Shown here one piece after another: positions 25,953 to 37,874 of a stretch of DNA of 37,874 bases. The DNA lies in sequence record SRR22947727_1660, one strand, 5' to 3'. The position numbers and the translations under genes are program-made. The notes beneath the pieces were generated by a model, which was given only the letters and a program-made list of their open reading frames with translations, was not told the DNA's origin and did not search any database. Positions within the stretch are counted from its first letter, which is position 1. Each line of letters begins with the position of its first letter.

Positions 25953-27104
25953 ATGAGTGATATTGAAATAAATAAAAATAAAGAACTAGATTGCAGCATT
26001 GCAGAATTTACAAATGCCAATCTTAAACTCGCATCAGGATCAGTATTAGAAAATTTTAAATTAGCTTTTAAAACATTTGGTTCACTTAATAAAAATAAAT
26101 CAAATGCTATTTTAATATGTCATGCGTTAACAGGTGATCAATATGTCAGTGGTCATAATCCAATTACTGAAAGAGATGGTTGGTGGTCAAGAATGGTTGG
26201 TCCTGATAAACCTATCGATACAAATAAATTTTTTGTGATCTGCTCAAATGTACTTGGTGGATGCTCAGGCTCCACAGGTCCAAAACAAAAAAAAGATAAT
26301 GAAGATGTTATTTATGGAGGAAGTTTTCCATCTATCACTATTAAAGATATGGTGGGTGCTCAAGTAAAACTAATTGATGCATTAAAAATAGATAAATTAT
26401 TTAGTGTAGTTGGTGGTTCAATGGGAGCAATGCAAGCGTTACAATGGTCAACTGATTTTCCAAATAGAATACAATCCATTGTTCATATCGCAGGCGCTCT
26501 CAAACACTCTGCGCAAAATATTGCGTTTCATGAAGTTGGTAGACAAGCTATAATGAATGACCCTAACTGGCATGAAGGTAATTATTTTGAAAAAGAATCT
26601 ATCCCAGAAAGGGGATTGTCAGTTGCAAGAATGATAGCACACATTACATACTTATCAGAAGATGCAATGCATAGAAAATTTGGAAGAAAACTTCAATCAA
26701 GAGATATTATATCTTTTGGCTTTGATGCAGATTTTCAAATTGAAAGTTATTTACGTTACCAAGGTAGATCTTTTGTTGAGAGATTTGATGCAAATTCATA
26801 TTTATATCTAACCAGAGCTATGGATTATTTTGATCATTATGAAACCTATCGCAAAACACTGGAATTTATAAATAATGAAGATGATAACATTAAGTATCTA
26901 ATTATATCATTCACTTCTGATTGGTTATTTCCTACAAGAGAAAATAAAGAAATAGTTGAAACATTAAATAGTTTATCACGTAACGTTAGCTTTCTTGAAA
27001 TAGATACGGATAAAGGTCATGATAGTTTTCTATTAGACGAACCCGATCTTGATATTGCTATGAAAGGTTTTTTAGAGAGCAATTATGGAAAAACCAATGA
27101 ATAG
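25953..27104 (+). CDS. metX: Homoserine O-acetyltransferase
   Basis: CHALTGD, GWW..VGP, NVLGGC.GSTGP, GGSMG, RFDANSY, SDWLFP, GHDSFLL. Confidence 0.95.
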   Translation: MSDIEINKNKELDCSIAEFTNANLKLASGSVLENFKLAFKTFGSLNKNKSNAILICHALTGDQYVSGHNPITERDGWWSRMVGPDKPIDTNKFFVICSNVLGGCSGSTGPKQKKDNEDVIYGGSFPSITIKDMVGAQVKLIDALKIDKLFSVVGGSMGAMQALQWSTDFPNRIQSIVHIAGALKHSAQNIAFHEVGRQAIMNDPNWHEGNYFEKESIPERGLSVARMIAHITYLSEDAMHRKFGRKLQSRDIISFGFDADFQIESYLRYQGRSFVERFDANSYLYLTRAMDYFDHYETYRKTLEFINNEDDNIKYLIISFTSDWLFPTRENKEIVETLNSLSRNVSFLEIDTDKGHDSFLLDEPDLDIAMKGFLESNYGKTNE

Positions 27105-27780
27105 TATTCAAAGCATAAGGAAAGACTGGGATTTAATTGAGTCTTTAATTAATAAAAGATCAAGGGTTTTAGATGTAGGTTGTGGAGAGGGAGAGCTCAT
27201 TCAGCAACTCGAGAAAAATTTACAAGCGAATGTTCATGGAGTTGAAAAAGATCAAGAGATGGCTCTAAAAGGTATTGCTAAAGGGTTAAATATTACACAC
27301 GGGGATGCAGAAAAAGATTTATTTCAATACGCAAATCAAAGCTTTGATTACGTGATCCTTAGTCAAACTTTGCAGGCAATGATTGAACCAAAAAAAATAT
27401 TAACAGAATTACTGAGAGTTGGATCCAAAGCAATTGTATCTTTTCCTAATTTTGGACATTGGAAAATTAGATTACAGTTATTATTACTTGGCAAAATGCC
27501 AATAACAGAAGGCCTTCCCTACTCATGGTATGATACTCCTAATATTCATTTTTTTACTTTAAAAGATTTTGAAAATTTATGCAGAGATATGAATATAGTT
27601 ATAGAGAGCGGTATAGGTCTGACTAGTAAGGGTAAACAGTTTTCACTTAATAACACATTACTTCCAACAAATATCATAACTCATGAAGCAATTTTTTTAC
27701 TTAGTTATAAAAATTTTGAACCTATAAAAATAAAAACCACAAATAAAATTTTTACAAAAAACTCAGCAATCATCAATTAA
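27097..27780 (+). CDS. metW: Methionine biosynthesis protein MetW (SAM-dependent methyltransferase fold)
   Basis: VLDVGCG.G.L, FDYVILSQTLQ, VSFPNFGHW, WYDTPNIH; alternative start at 27085. Confidence 0.93.
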   Translation: MNSIQSIRKDWDLIESLINKRSRVLDVGCGEGELIQQLEKNLQANVHGVEKDQEMALKGIAKGLNITHGDAEKDLFQYANQSFDYVILSQTLQAMIEPKKILTELLRVGSKAIVSFPNFGHWKIRLQLLLLGKMPITEGLPYSWYDTPNIHFFTLKDFENLCRDMNIVIESGIGLTSKGKQFSLNNTLLPTNIITHEAIFLLSYKNFEPIKIKTTNKIFTKNSAIIN

Positions 27781-28541
27781 TGACTATATCAGTTGTAATA
27801 ATTAATCAACTTAGTGATAATTACTCCTACTTGATTTCTGACAATAAAGATAATTCAAGTATCATTATAGATCCAGCAGAGTCAGATAAAATATTGAACG
27901 TATTAAAAGAGAAGAAACTTAACCTTAACTATATCTTTATTACCCATCATCATAGCGACCATACATCAGGAGTAGCTGATTTAGTTGAAGCATATCCAGA
28001 AGTAAAAGTATTTTCACCTTCAGAATTGAATTCAATTTCAGTTAATTTAATTTCTGATGGTAATAAAATAACAACAAACTTAAATGAGTTTGAGATTATA
28101 CACACGCCTGGACATACTCTTGATCATATGGTTTTATGTGATCTGAAAAATAATTTGCTATTTGTTGGCGATGTTCTTTTTCGATTAGGCTGCGGACGAG
28201 TGTTTGAAGGTACTTTAGAGCAAATGCATAGCTCACTAATTAAGCTTTTGGATTTATCAGATAGAATGTTGGTTTATTGTGGCCATGAATATACTTTAAA
28301 CAATTTAAAATTTTTGGAGCATATATTTAAAAAAAATAACATTTTAGAGAGTGTAAAAAAGGATATCATTGATGATCTTAATTCAAAGACAAGATCTATT
28401 CCTTTTTATTTAGGGGATGAAAAAAAATATAACCCTTTTTTAAATCAGAATTGTGAAATGGCATTAGAATTAAGAAATAAAAATAATTATTCTGATTTCG
28501 AGTTTTTTAAATATCTAAGACAAGAAAAGGACAGTTTTTAG
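27780..28541 (+). CDS. gloB: Hydroxyacylglutathione hydrolase (glyoxalase II)
   Basis: DNY.Y, THHHSDH, TPGHT, GD.LF..GCGR.FEG, CGHEYT..N, NPFL. Confidence 0.93.
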   Translation: MTISVVIINQLSDNYSYLISDNKDNSSIIIDPAESDKILNVLKEKKLNLNYIFITHHHSDHTSGVADLVEAYPEVKVFSPSELNSISVNLISDGNKITTNLNEFEIIHTPGHTLDHMVLCDLKNNLLFVGDVLFRLGCGRVFEGTLEQMHSSLIKLLDLSDRMLVYCGHEYTLNNLKFLEHIFKKNNILESVKKDIIDDLNSKTRSIPFYLGDEKKYNPFLNQNCEMALELRNKNNYSDFEFFKYLRQEKDSF

Positions 28542-28581
28542 CTATTTATCTTAAAAAAAGCCTAATTCTCGGTATTTTTAT

Positions 28582-28610
28582 TTGACTATTAAAGACCTTA
28601 GATATAAACG
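28582..28610 (+). promoter_or_regulatory. Candidate promoter of the rplU-rpmA operon
   Basis: TTGACT at 28582-28587, TATAAACG region 15-17 nt later, followed by a GC-rich discriminator-like CCC. Confidence 0.5.
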
Positions 28611-28630
28611 CCCTTCAATCGAAAGAACTT

Positions 28631-29101
28631 ATGTTAGCAGTATTTAAAACAGGTGGTAAACAATACTCTGTTAAAGCAGGGCAAATCCTTAAAGTTGAAA
28701 AGCTGGAAGGAGAAAAAGGGGATAGTATCTCTTTTAAAGATGTTCTTGCTATTTCAGAAAGTACACAAAATACTATTGGATCACCTTTAGTAGAAGGTGC
28801 GGTTGTTGAAGCTAAAATTTTAGATCAGATTAGAGATAAAAAAATTATTGTTTTTAAAAAAAGAAAAAGACAAAATTATCGTTCAACTCAAGGTCATAGA
28901 CAATATTTAACTGTATTAAAAATTGAAACTATTTCAATGGGTGGAAAGAAATCTCAATCTGAAAAAAAAGAAGCAAAAACTAACACCCCTGAGAAAAAAG
29001 CTGCTCCAAAGAAAGCTGCTCCAAAGAAAGCAGCACCAAAAGAAACTGCTGTAAAAAAAACAGCTAAGAAAAAAACTACAACACCAAAGGAAGATAAATA
29101 A
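28631..29101 (+). CDS. rplU: 50S ribosomal protein L21 with a Lys/Ala/Pro-rich C-terminal tail
   Basis: [16 protein letters not shown]...FKK.KR..Y...GHRQ..T. Confidence 0.97.
   Translation: MLAVFKTGGKQYSVKAGQILKVEKLEGEKGDSISFKDVLAISESTQNTIGSPLVEGAVVEAKILDQIRDKKIIVFKKRKRQNYRSTQGHRQYLTVLKIETISMGGKKSQSEKKEAKTNTPEKKAAPKKAAPKKAAPKETAVKKTAKKKTTTPKEDK
28994..29038 (+). repeat. 3 x 15-bp in-frame tandem repeat encoding (KKAAP)3
   Basis: aaaaaagctgctcca aagaaagctgctcca aagaaagcagcacca. Confidence 0.9.
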
Positions 29102-29352
29102 TGGCTACAAAAAAAGCAGGTGGTAGTTCACGTAACGGTCGCGACTCGGCAGGTCGTCGTTTAGGTGTGAAAAAATTTGGTGGTGAAAAAGTTATTTCAG
29201 GAAACATCATTGTTCGCCAAAGAGGCACAAAATTTCATCCTGGTGATAATGTAGGTATAGGCAAAGATCATACTATTTTCGCTACAAGTGAAGGTAAAGT
29301 CACATTTAAAAAGACACGAGTTAGAACATACGTTTCTGTAGTACCCGCATAA
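29101..29352 (+). CDS. rpmA: 50S ribosomal protein L27
   Basis: [40 protein letters not shown]. Confidence 0.98.
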   Translation: MATKKAGGSSRNGRDSAGRRLGVKKFGGEKVISGNIIVRQRGTKFHPGDNVGIGKDHTIFATSEGKVTFKKTRVRTYVSVVPA

Positions 29353-29367
29353 TTAGTAGAATACTAA

Positions 29368-31467
<2,100 letters not shown>

Positions 31468-31468
<1 letters not shown>

Positions 31469-32721
31469 TGAATATTTTTAAAACAATTAACGAATTAGGT
31501 AAAAAAGCCAAAGATGCATCTATTAAAATTAGAGTATTACAAAAAGAAAAAAAAATGGCGGCTTATCAATGCTTAGAAAAAAATATTGAAAATAATGCAG
31601 AACAAATATTAAGTGCAAATAAATTGGATATTGAAAATGCTTTTACAAATGATTTATCAAAACCCCTAATCAATCGATTAAAAGTTACAGAAGAATCCAT
31701 TGCTGGTATAATTAAAAGTATATCTGAAATTAAAGATCAACCAGATCCAATTGGAACAGTTTTAGAAAACTGGGAACAACCAAACGGACTTAAATTTTCA
31801 AAAATATCAGTACCTCTGGGCGTATTAGGAGTGATTTATGAATCAAGGCCAAATGTAACTGTAGATGCATCTTGTCTTGCATTAAAATCTAATAACGCAT
31901 TAATTCTAAGAGGTGGAAGTGATAGCTATCACACCTCAAAGCAATTAGTGAATATCATAACGAAATCTTTTGTGGAAGCTAATCTGCCAGAAAATATAAT
32001 TCAAATGATACCAACAACTGACAGAGAGGCTGTTGATCACCTATTAGAAATGAAAGACTATGTTAATGTTATAATTCCTAGAGGAGGAAAAAGTTTAATT
32101 AAAAAAATTAATGAAAAAAGTAAAATACCTGTAATTAAACACTTAGAAGGCTTGTGTCATGTGTATGTTGATAAAGAGGCTGACATTGAAATTGCTAAGA
32201 ATATTATTTTTAATAGTAAATTAAGAAGACCAGAAATTTGTGGAGCAGCTGAAACATTATTAATAGACTCATCACTAAAAGAAAAAGCACTCGAATTAAT
32301 AGAACCTATATACAAAGCAGGATGTGTAATAAGGGGTGATGATTTTATTACAAATTTAGATAAAAATTTTGAGAGAGCAAATGATGAAGACTGGTCTACT
32401 GAATATTTAGATAAAATAATTTCTGTAAAAATTGTTGATGGTGTTATGGGAGCCACTGATCATATAAATCGTTATTCTTCTAATCACACAGAATCTATAA
32501 TTACTGAAAACGAAGAATCATTTATGAATTTTTATAATAATATTGATAGTGCCATAATTCTTAAAAATGCTTCAACTCAATTTGCTGATGGTGGGGAATT
32601 TGGTTTTGGTGCAGAAATTGGAATATCTACCGATAAACTTCATGTTCGTGGACCAGTAGGGGCAAAACACCTAACAACTTTCAAGTATATTGTTCATGGA
32701 AATGGACAAGCTAGACCATAA
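31468..32721 (+). CDS. proA: Glutamate-5-semialdehyde dehydrogenase
   Basis: VPLGV.GVIYESRPNVT, IPRGG, G.CH.YVD, NASTQFADGGEFG.GAEIGIST.KLH.RGPVG. Confidence 0.97.
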
Positions 32722-33303
32722 ATGAAAAATATTGGTCTACTTGGAGGATCATTTGATCCACCACATAAAGGTCATCTATATATATCATTAGAAGCAAAGA
32801 AAATTTTGAAACTTGATGAAATATGGTGGCTTGTTACCCCACAAAATCCTCTAAAAATAAATAAGCCGGCTTCTTATTCTGAGAGATTACGAAACTGTAA
32901 ATCAATTGTTAGAAACCAACCAATAAAAGTTAAAGAAATAGAAAAAAAAATAAACTCTAAATATTCATATCAAACAATTAAATACATAAACAAGCATTAC
33001 AAAAATCTTAATTTTTTTTGGTTAATGGGAGCTGATAATTTAATCAATTTTCACAAGTGGCAAAATGCCCATAGAATATTTAATGAAATCCCTATTGTAG
33101 TATTTAGGAGATATGGATATAATGAAAAAGCATTGAAGAGTAACATAGCAAATTTTTATAAGAATTTTAAAATTAACAGTAAAAATATACACGCAAATCA
33201 TTTAAATCACACACCGGCTTGGACCATTATCCAAAATAAAGAAATTAAAATATCTTCTACTGAAATTAGAAAACAACGAGAACAATTGAGGTCCAAAGAT
33301 TAG
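32722..33303 (+). CDS. nadD: Nicotinate-nucleotide adenylyltransferase
   Basis: GGSFDPPHKGH, WWLVTPQNPLK, WLMGADNL..FHKW, ISSTEIR. Confidence 0.95.
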   Translation: MKNIGLLGGSFDPPHKGHLYISLEAKKILKLDEIWWLVTPQNPLKINKPASYSERLRNCKSIVRNQPIKVKEIEKKINSKYSYQTIKYINKHYKNLNFFWLMGADNLINFHKWQNAHRIFNEIPIVVFRRYGYNEKALKSNIANFYKNFKINSKNIHANHLNHTPAWTIIQNKEIKISSTEIRKQREQLRSKD

Positions 33304-33655
33304 CTCTTCATCATCATTAACCGATAAAATATTCAGCATCTTAGATGATGCAAAAGCTGAGGATATAAAAATTATTGATTTAAGAAATAAATCTTCCGTT
33401 GCAGATTATTTTGTAATTTCAACATGCCGATCAAGTCGACACGCTGATGCAACAGCTGACGACCTTGCAAGAAAATTAAAAAAATTAGGATTTAAAAACC
33501 CTTCCCCTGAAGGAAGACCTAAATGTGATTGGGTTATAGTTGATGCGGGGTCAGTTATTGTTCATTTATTTAAAAAAGAAATAAGAGAACTCTATAATTT
33601 AGAACAGTTGTGGGAAGTAAACTTTGAATCTGAGAAAAGTAAACTAGCTAATTAG
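33299..33655 (+). CDS. rsfS: Ribosome silencing factor RsfS (iojap), predicted non-canonical ATT start
   Basis: Frame reads ...LDDAKAEDIKIIDL..KSSVADYFVISTCRSSRH...EG...DWVIVDAGSVIVHLF..EIRELYNLEQLW...*; canonical position after nadD; in-frame TGA at 33287; SD GAGGT 6 nt before ATT 33299. Confidence 0.92.
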   Translation: MSSSSSLTDKIFSILDDAKAEDIKIIDLRNKSSVADYFVISTCRSSRHADATADDLARKLKKLGFKNPSPEGRPKCDWVIVDAGSVIVHLFKKEIRELYNLEQLWEVNFESEKSKLAN

Positions 33656-33676
33656 AAGGTAACATAAGGTGATAAA

Positions 33677-34966
33677 ATGAAGTTTTTTGTTAAATATTTT
33701 GCGGCTTTTCTAATATTTTTATGTTCTTTCTCAGCACAAAGTGCCTCCAAAAATAAAGAAACATATGAATATCTTGATTTATTTGGACAAATCTTTGACA
33801 GAGTTAGATCAGAATACGTTGAAGAAGTAACCGATCAAGAACTAATTGAAAAAGCAATCGATGGAATGTTAACGGGTCTTGATCCGCATTCGGGCTATAT
33901 GAATGAAGAAGTATGGCAGGAAATGCAAATGGACACCCAAGGAAAATTTGGTGGGCTAGGAATAGAAATCACTATGGAAGAAGGTTTTGTAAAAGTTATC
34001 TCTCCTATAGAAGATAGTCCCGCATATGAAGCTGGAATATTGGCTGGGGACTTTATTATTCAAATTGATGACACCCCTGTTTTTGGTTTAACACTTAATG
34101 AAGCTGTAGAGTTAATGAGAGGAGAAAAAGGACAATCAATTACCATAACGGTATCTCGGGATGGAACAGAGCCATTTGAAGTAAAAATAGTAAGAGATAT
34201 AATTAAAATTCAATCAGTAAAATCAGAAGTGTATGATGATATTGGGTATTTAAGAATAACTTCTTTTACTGAACAAACAGAAGATGGTTTATTAAAATCT
34301 ATTAAAACAATCCAAAAAGAAAATGAAAATATAAAAGGTTATGTTCTTGATGTTCGATCAAACCCTGGCGGGCTATTAAGTCAAGCAGTAAAGGTATCGG
34401 ATATATTTTTAACAAGAGGAGAAATAGTTTCCACTAGAGGAAGAGAAAAAAAAGATATTAGAAGATACAGAGCTAAAAATAAAGATCATACAAACGGTAA
34501 ACCTATTGTTGTTCTTATAAATGGTGGATCAGCATCTGCCTCAGAAATTGTAGCTGGAGCTCTTCAAGATCATCGACGTGCAATTATAGTAGGTACTCAA
34601 TCTTTTGGTAAAGGTTCTGTTCAAACCATTATGCCTTTTCAACGATCTAACGCTGAAAATGTATCTGGCATCAGATTAACTACCGCGAGATATTATACTC
34701 CTTCCGGTGAGTCTATTCAGGGAAAAGGAATAAGTCCTGACATCATTGTTGAGCAAGGAGAATTTGAATCTTATGATTTTAAAAGATATTCAGAGTCGGA
34801 TCTAAAAGACTCATTAGATAAAGATAATGAAAATGCTAAAAATGATAACGCTGATGATACAGAATTAAGTGAAAAAGAAAAACGCTTAGCTAAAGATTAT
34901 CAACTTCAAAGAGCACTTGATTTATTAAAAGGACTAAGTATTTTTGAAGAGTCTTTTGAAGAATAA
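33677..34966 (+). CDS. ctpA: Carboxyl-terminal processing protease (S41)
   Basis: Signal peptide, LDPHS.Y, FGGLGIE (PDZ), D.R.NPGGLL, SASASEIVAGALQD, FGKGSVQ, TTARYYTP. Confidence 0.95.
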   Translation: MKFFVKYFAAFLIFLCSFSAQSASKNKETYEYLDLFGQIFDRVRSEYVEEVTDQELIEKAIDGMLTGLDPHSGYMNEEVWQEMQMDTQGKFGGLGIEITMEEGFVKVISPIEDSPAYEAGILAGDFIIQIDDTPVFGLTLNEAVELMRGEKGQSITITVSRDGTEPFEVKIVRDIIKIQSVKSEVYDDIGYLRITSFTEQTEDGLLKSIKTIQKENENIKGYVLDVRSNPGGLLSQAVKVSDIFLTRGEIVSTRGREKKDIRRYRAKNKDHTNGKPIVVLINGGSASASEIVAGALQDHRRAIIVGTQSFGKGSVQTIMPFQRSNAENVSGIRLTTARYYTPSGESIQGKGISPDIIVEQGEFESYDFKRYSESDLKDSLDKDNENAKNDNADDTELSEKEKRLAKDYQLQRALDLLKGLSIFEESFEE

Positions 34967-34967
34967 A

Positions 34968-35429
34968 ATGTCTGATCAATATCGAAGATGTGTTGGTATG
35001 ATGATTTTAAATACCAACAATGAAATACTTGTTGGAAGACGTCTTGATCATCCAAGTGGATATTGGCAGATGCCACAAGGTGGCATAGATGAAGATGAAA
35101 ATCCTGAAGAAGCAGTTTGGCGAGAAATGATGGAAGAAATAGGCACTAATAATGCACAGCTTTTTAAGACATCTAATCAATGGGTAAAATACGATATACC
35201 TCAAGAGACTCTTGATAAACTTCCTTGGGGCAAAACATATATTGGACAGAAACAAAAATGGTTCATTTTTAAATTTTCAGGACAAGAGAGTGATATCAAT
35301 GTTGAAACTGAAAACCCAGAATTTAGCGAATGGAAATGGATAAATTCAAGTGATTTAATAGAGAATGCGGTTCCATTTAAACGTATAGTTTATAAAGCTA
35401 TCCTTGATGAATTCTCTAATATATTTTAA
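34968..35429 (+). CDS. rppH: RNA pyrophosphohydrolase (Nudix)
   Basis: YR..VG, WQMPQGGID..E......REM.EEIG, GQKQKWF, PEFS.W.W, PFKR.VY. Confidence 0.93.
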   Translation: MSDQYRRCVGMMILNTNNEILVGRRLDHPSGYWQMPQGGIDEDENPEEAVWREMMEEIGTNNAQLFKTSNQWVKYDIPQETLDKLPWGKTYIGQKQKWFIFKFSGQESDINVETENPEFSEWKWINSSDLIENAVPFKRIVYKAILDEFSNIF

Positions 35430-35482
35430 TTTATTCTTAATAAGACTTTTATTTTTTAAAAATATAACTACTATTTTTTGAA

Positions 35483-36505
35483 ATGTTTAATCTTGAGATA
35501 AATGATTTAGATAAAAAAATATGGGATGAAGAACTGAACGATTTTGTTCCAAAAAAAGTTTACGATGTACATACTCACATTTATCAATGGCAATCAAATC
35601 TAGATAAAAATAAAAATACAGGTCCTTATAAATATCAAGGAGAAAATTTTCAAAATGTCTCGTTTGATTTATTAGACAAAGTTGATAACAAATTAATACC
35701 AGGAAGAATTGTGGAGAGATTATCTTTCCCCTTCCCCTATAATTATCCATGTGATTTTGATAATTCTAATCACTATGTAAGTTCACAAACAAATAATCAT
35801 CAAGAGTCTGATAATTTAATCTTAATCAATCCTATGATGAGTAAAGAAGAAATTACAAAAAATTTACAATCATCACAAGCTGTAGGATTTAAACCATATA
35901 GAGCTTATTCAAAAACTGGTGATATTACAAATTGTGGAATTACTGACTTTATGTCGGAAGAACATATAAAAATTGCGGATGAAAAAAGTTTGATCATAAT
36001 GATGCATTTATCAAAAAAATACGGTGTTGCTGATGATGAGAATATAAATGATCTAATTTTTCTTAGCGAAAAATACCCTAATGTAAAATGGATATTAGCT
36101 CACTGCGCAAGAAGTTACTCAGCCTGGGGAATAGAAAAAGCTGCTAAAAAATTAAGAGACTTAAAAAACATTTGGTATGATTGCTCAACCGTGTGTGAAT
36201 CTGATGCTCTTGATGCTCTATATACTGGAGTTGGAGTAGATAGAGTTATGTATGGCTCAGATGATATGATTGGACCAATGCGAGGAAAGTACATCTCATT
36301 TGGTATGGCATGGTCAAACATTAATGAGAATAACCATTCATTAAAACTTGATCACTGCGATTCAAGAATGACTTTTATTCGATATGAACAATTAAGGGCA
36401 ATGAAAAGAGGAGCTAGACAAATCGGTCTATCAGTAAAACAAAAAAATGCTTTGTTTTACAATACTGCAAAAAATTTAGTGAATAGTGTTAAATCTTTAG
36501 ATTAG
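35483..36505 (+). CDS. Amidohydrolase_2 family metal-dependent hydrolase, substrate unknown
   Basis: DVHTH, GFKPY, MMH, ILAHC, WYDCS, MYGSD metal-ligand pattern. Confidence 0.82.
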   Translation: MFNLEINDLDKKIWDEELNDFVPKKVYDVHTHIYQWQSNLDKNKNTGPYKYQGENFQNVSFDLLDKVDNKLIPGRIVERLSFPFPYNYPCDFDNSNHYVSSQTNNHQESDNLILINPMMSKEEITKNLQSSQAVGFKPYRAYSKTGDITNCGITDFMSEEHIKIADEKSLIIMMHLSKKYGVADDENINDLIFLSEKYPNVKWILAHCARSYSAWGIEKAAKKLRDLKNIWYDCSTVCESDALDALYTGVGVDRVMYGSDDMIGPMRGKYISFGMAWSNINENNHSLKLDHCDSRMTFIRYEQLRAMKRGARQIGLSVKQKNALFYNTAKNLVNSVKSLD

Positions 36506-36899
36506 ATTTTTTGATAAAAATCAGAGCTCAAAGCATCAATTTTTGCCTTTGATATATTTAACTGCTCTTTTGTAGTATCTGATTCTTGTCCTTCTAGTTC
36601 TTGAATTTCTTTTTCAATTGTAGCTTTTTCAAGTTCATTAATTTCATCAACGCTCTCTGCAAGTACAATACACTTTTCAGGATTAACCTCTGCAAAACCA
36701 CCAGATACAAAAAATGCTTTTAGTAAGTTTTTACCTTCACCATAAACCATAACTCTTCCAGGTCTCAACGATGACATGACTTTGCTGTGTCCAGGAAGAA
36801 CGCCAAAATCGCCGTCCTTTCCTGGTACAATAATCATTCCTACCTCATCATTAAAAATGAGGTTTTCAGGTGAAACTAAATCAAAAGAAATTGTTGCCA

Positions 36900-36900
<1 letters not shown>
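36502..36900 (-). CDS. atpC: ATP synthase epsilon subunit
   Basis: FDLVSPE, VPG..GDFGVLPGH, FVSGGFAEV, LAE. Confidence 0.96.

Positions 36901-37874
<974 letters not shown>

Noticed and set aside
28994-29038. CRISPR or other non-coding repeat
   Set aside because: In-frame coding repeat with synonymous variation and no spacers
33299-33655. rsfS pseudogene
   Set aside because: Full-length frame with all family motifs, no internal stops, and a well-placed SD before ATT

Overview
AT-rich, very tightly packed chromosomal segment with alphaproteobacterial housekeeping gene order (argH-lptM-lysA; CM/hisC-tyrC divergent from metX-metW; rplU-rpmA-obgE-proBA-nadD-rsfS-ctpA-rppH; atpDC). It probably comes from a streamlined marine lineage (SAR11/HIMB59-like; inference). 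It also holds sugar ABC permeases, a sugar-lactonase-type amidohydrolase, galE-galT-sufE, glcB-tauD, tRNA-Leu(CAA)-yqaA-dsbB-coq7, and a FadN / acyl-CoA ligase / MetY-like / alpha-beta hydrolase block. I found no CRISPR array, prophage, integrase or IS element. Features missed by the ORF track: rsfS, which has no in-frame ATG/GTG/TTG near its 5' end and apparently starts at ATT; a SAM-II riboswitch before metX; and two small SD-led ORFs (23 aa and 56 aa). Most notable: the AUU-initiated rsfS, a chorismate mutase-HisC fusion, a possible methylthio-acyl/methanethiol assimilation operon, a TauD variant linked to malate synthase, and the absence of ftsEX and envC from their usual positions. All protein calls come from motif recognition; no database searches were run.
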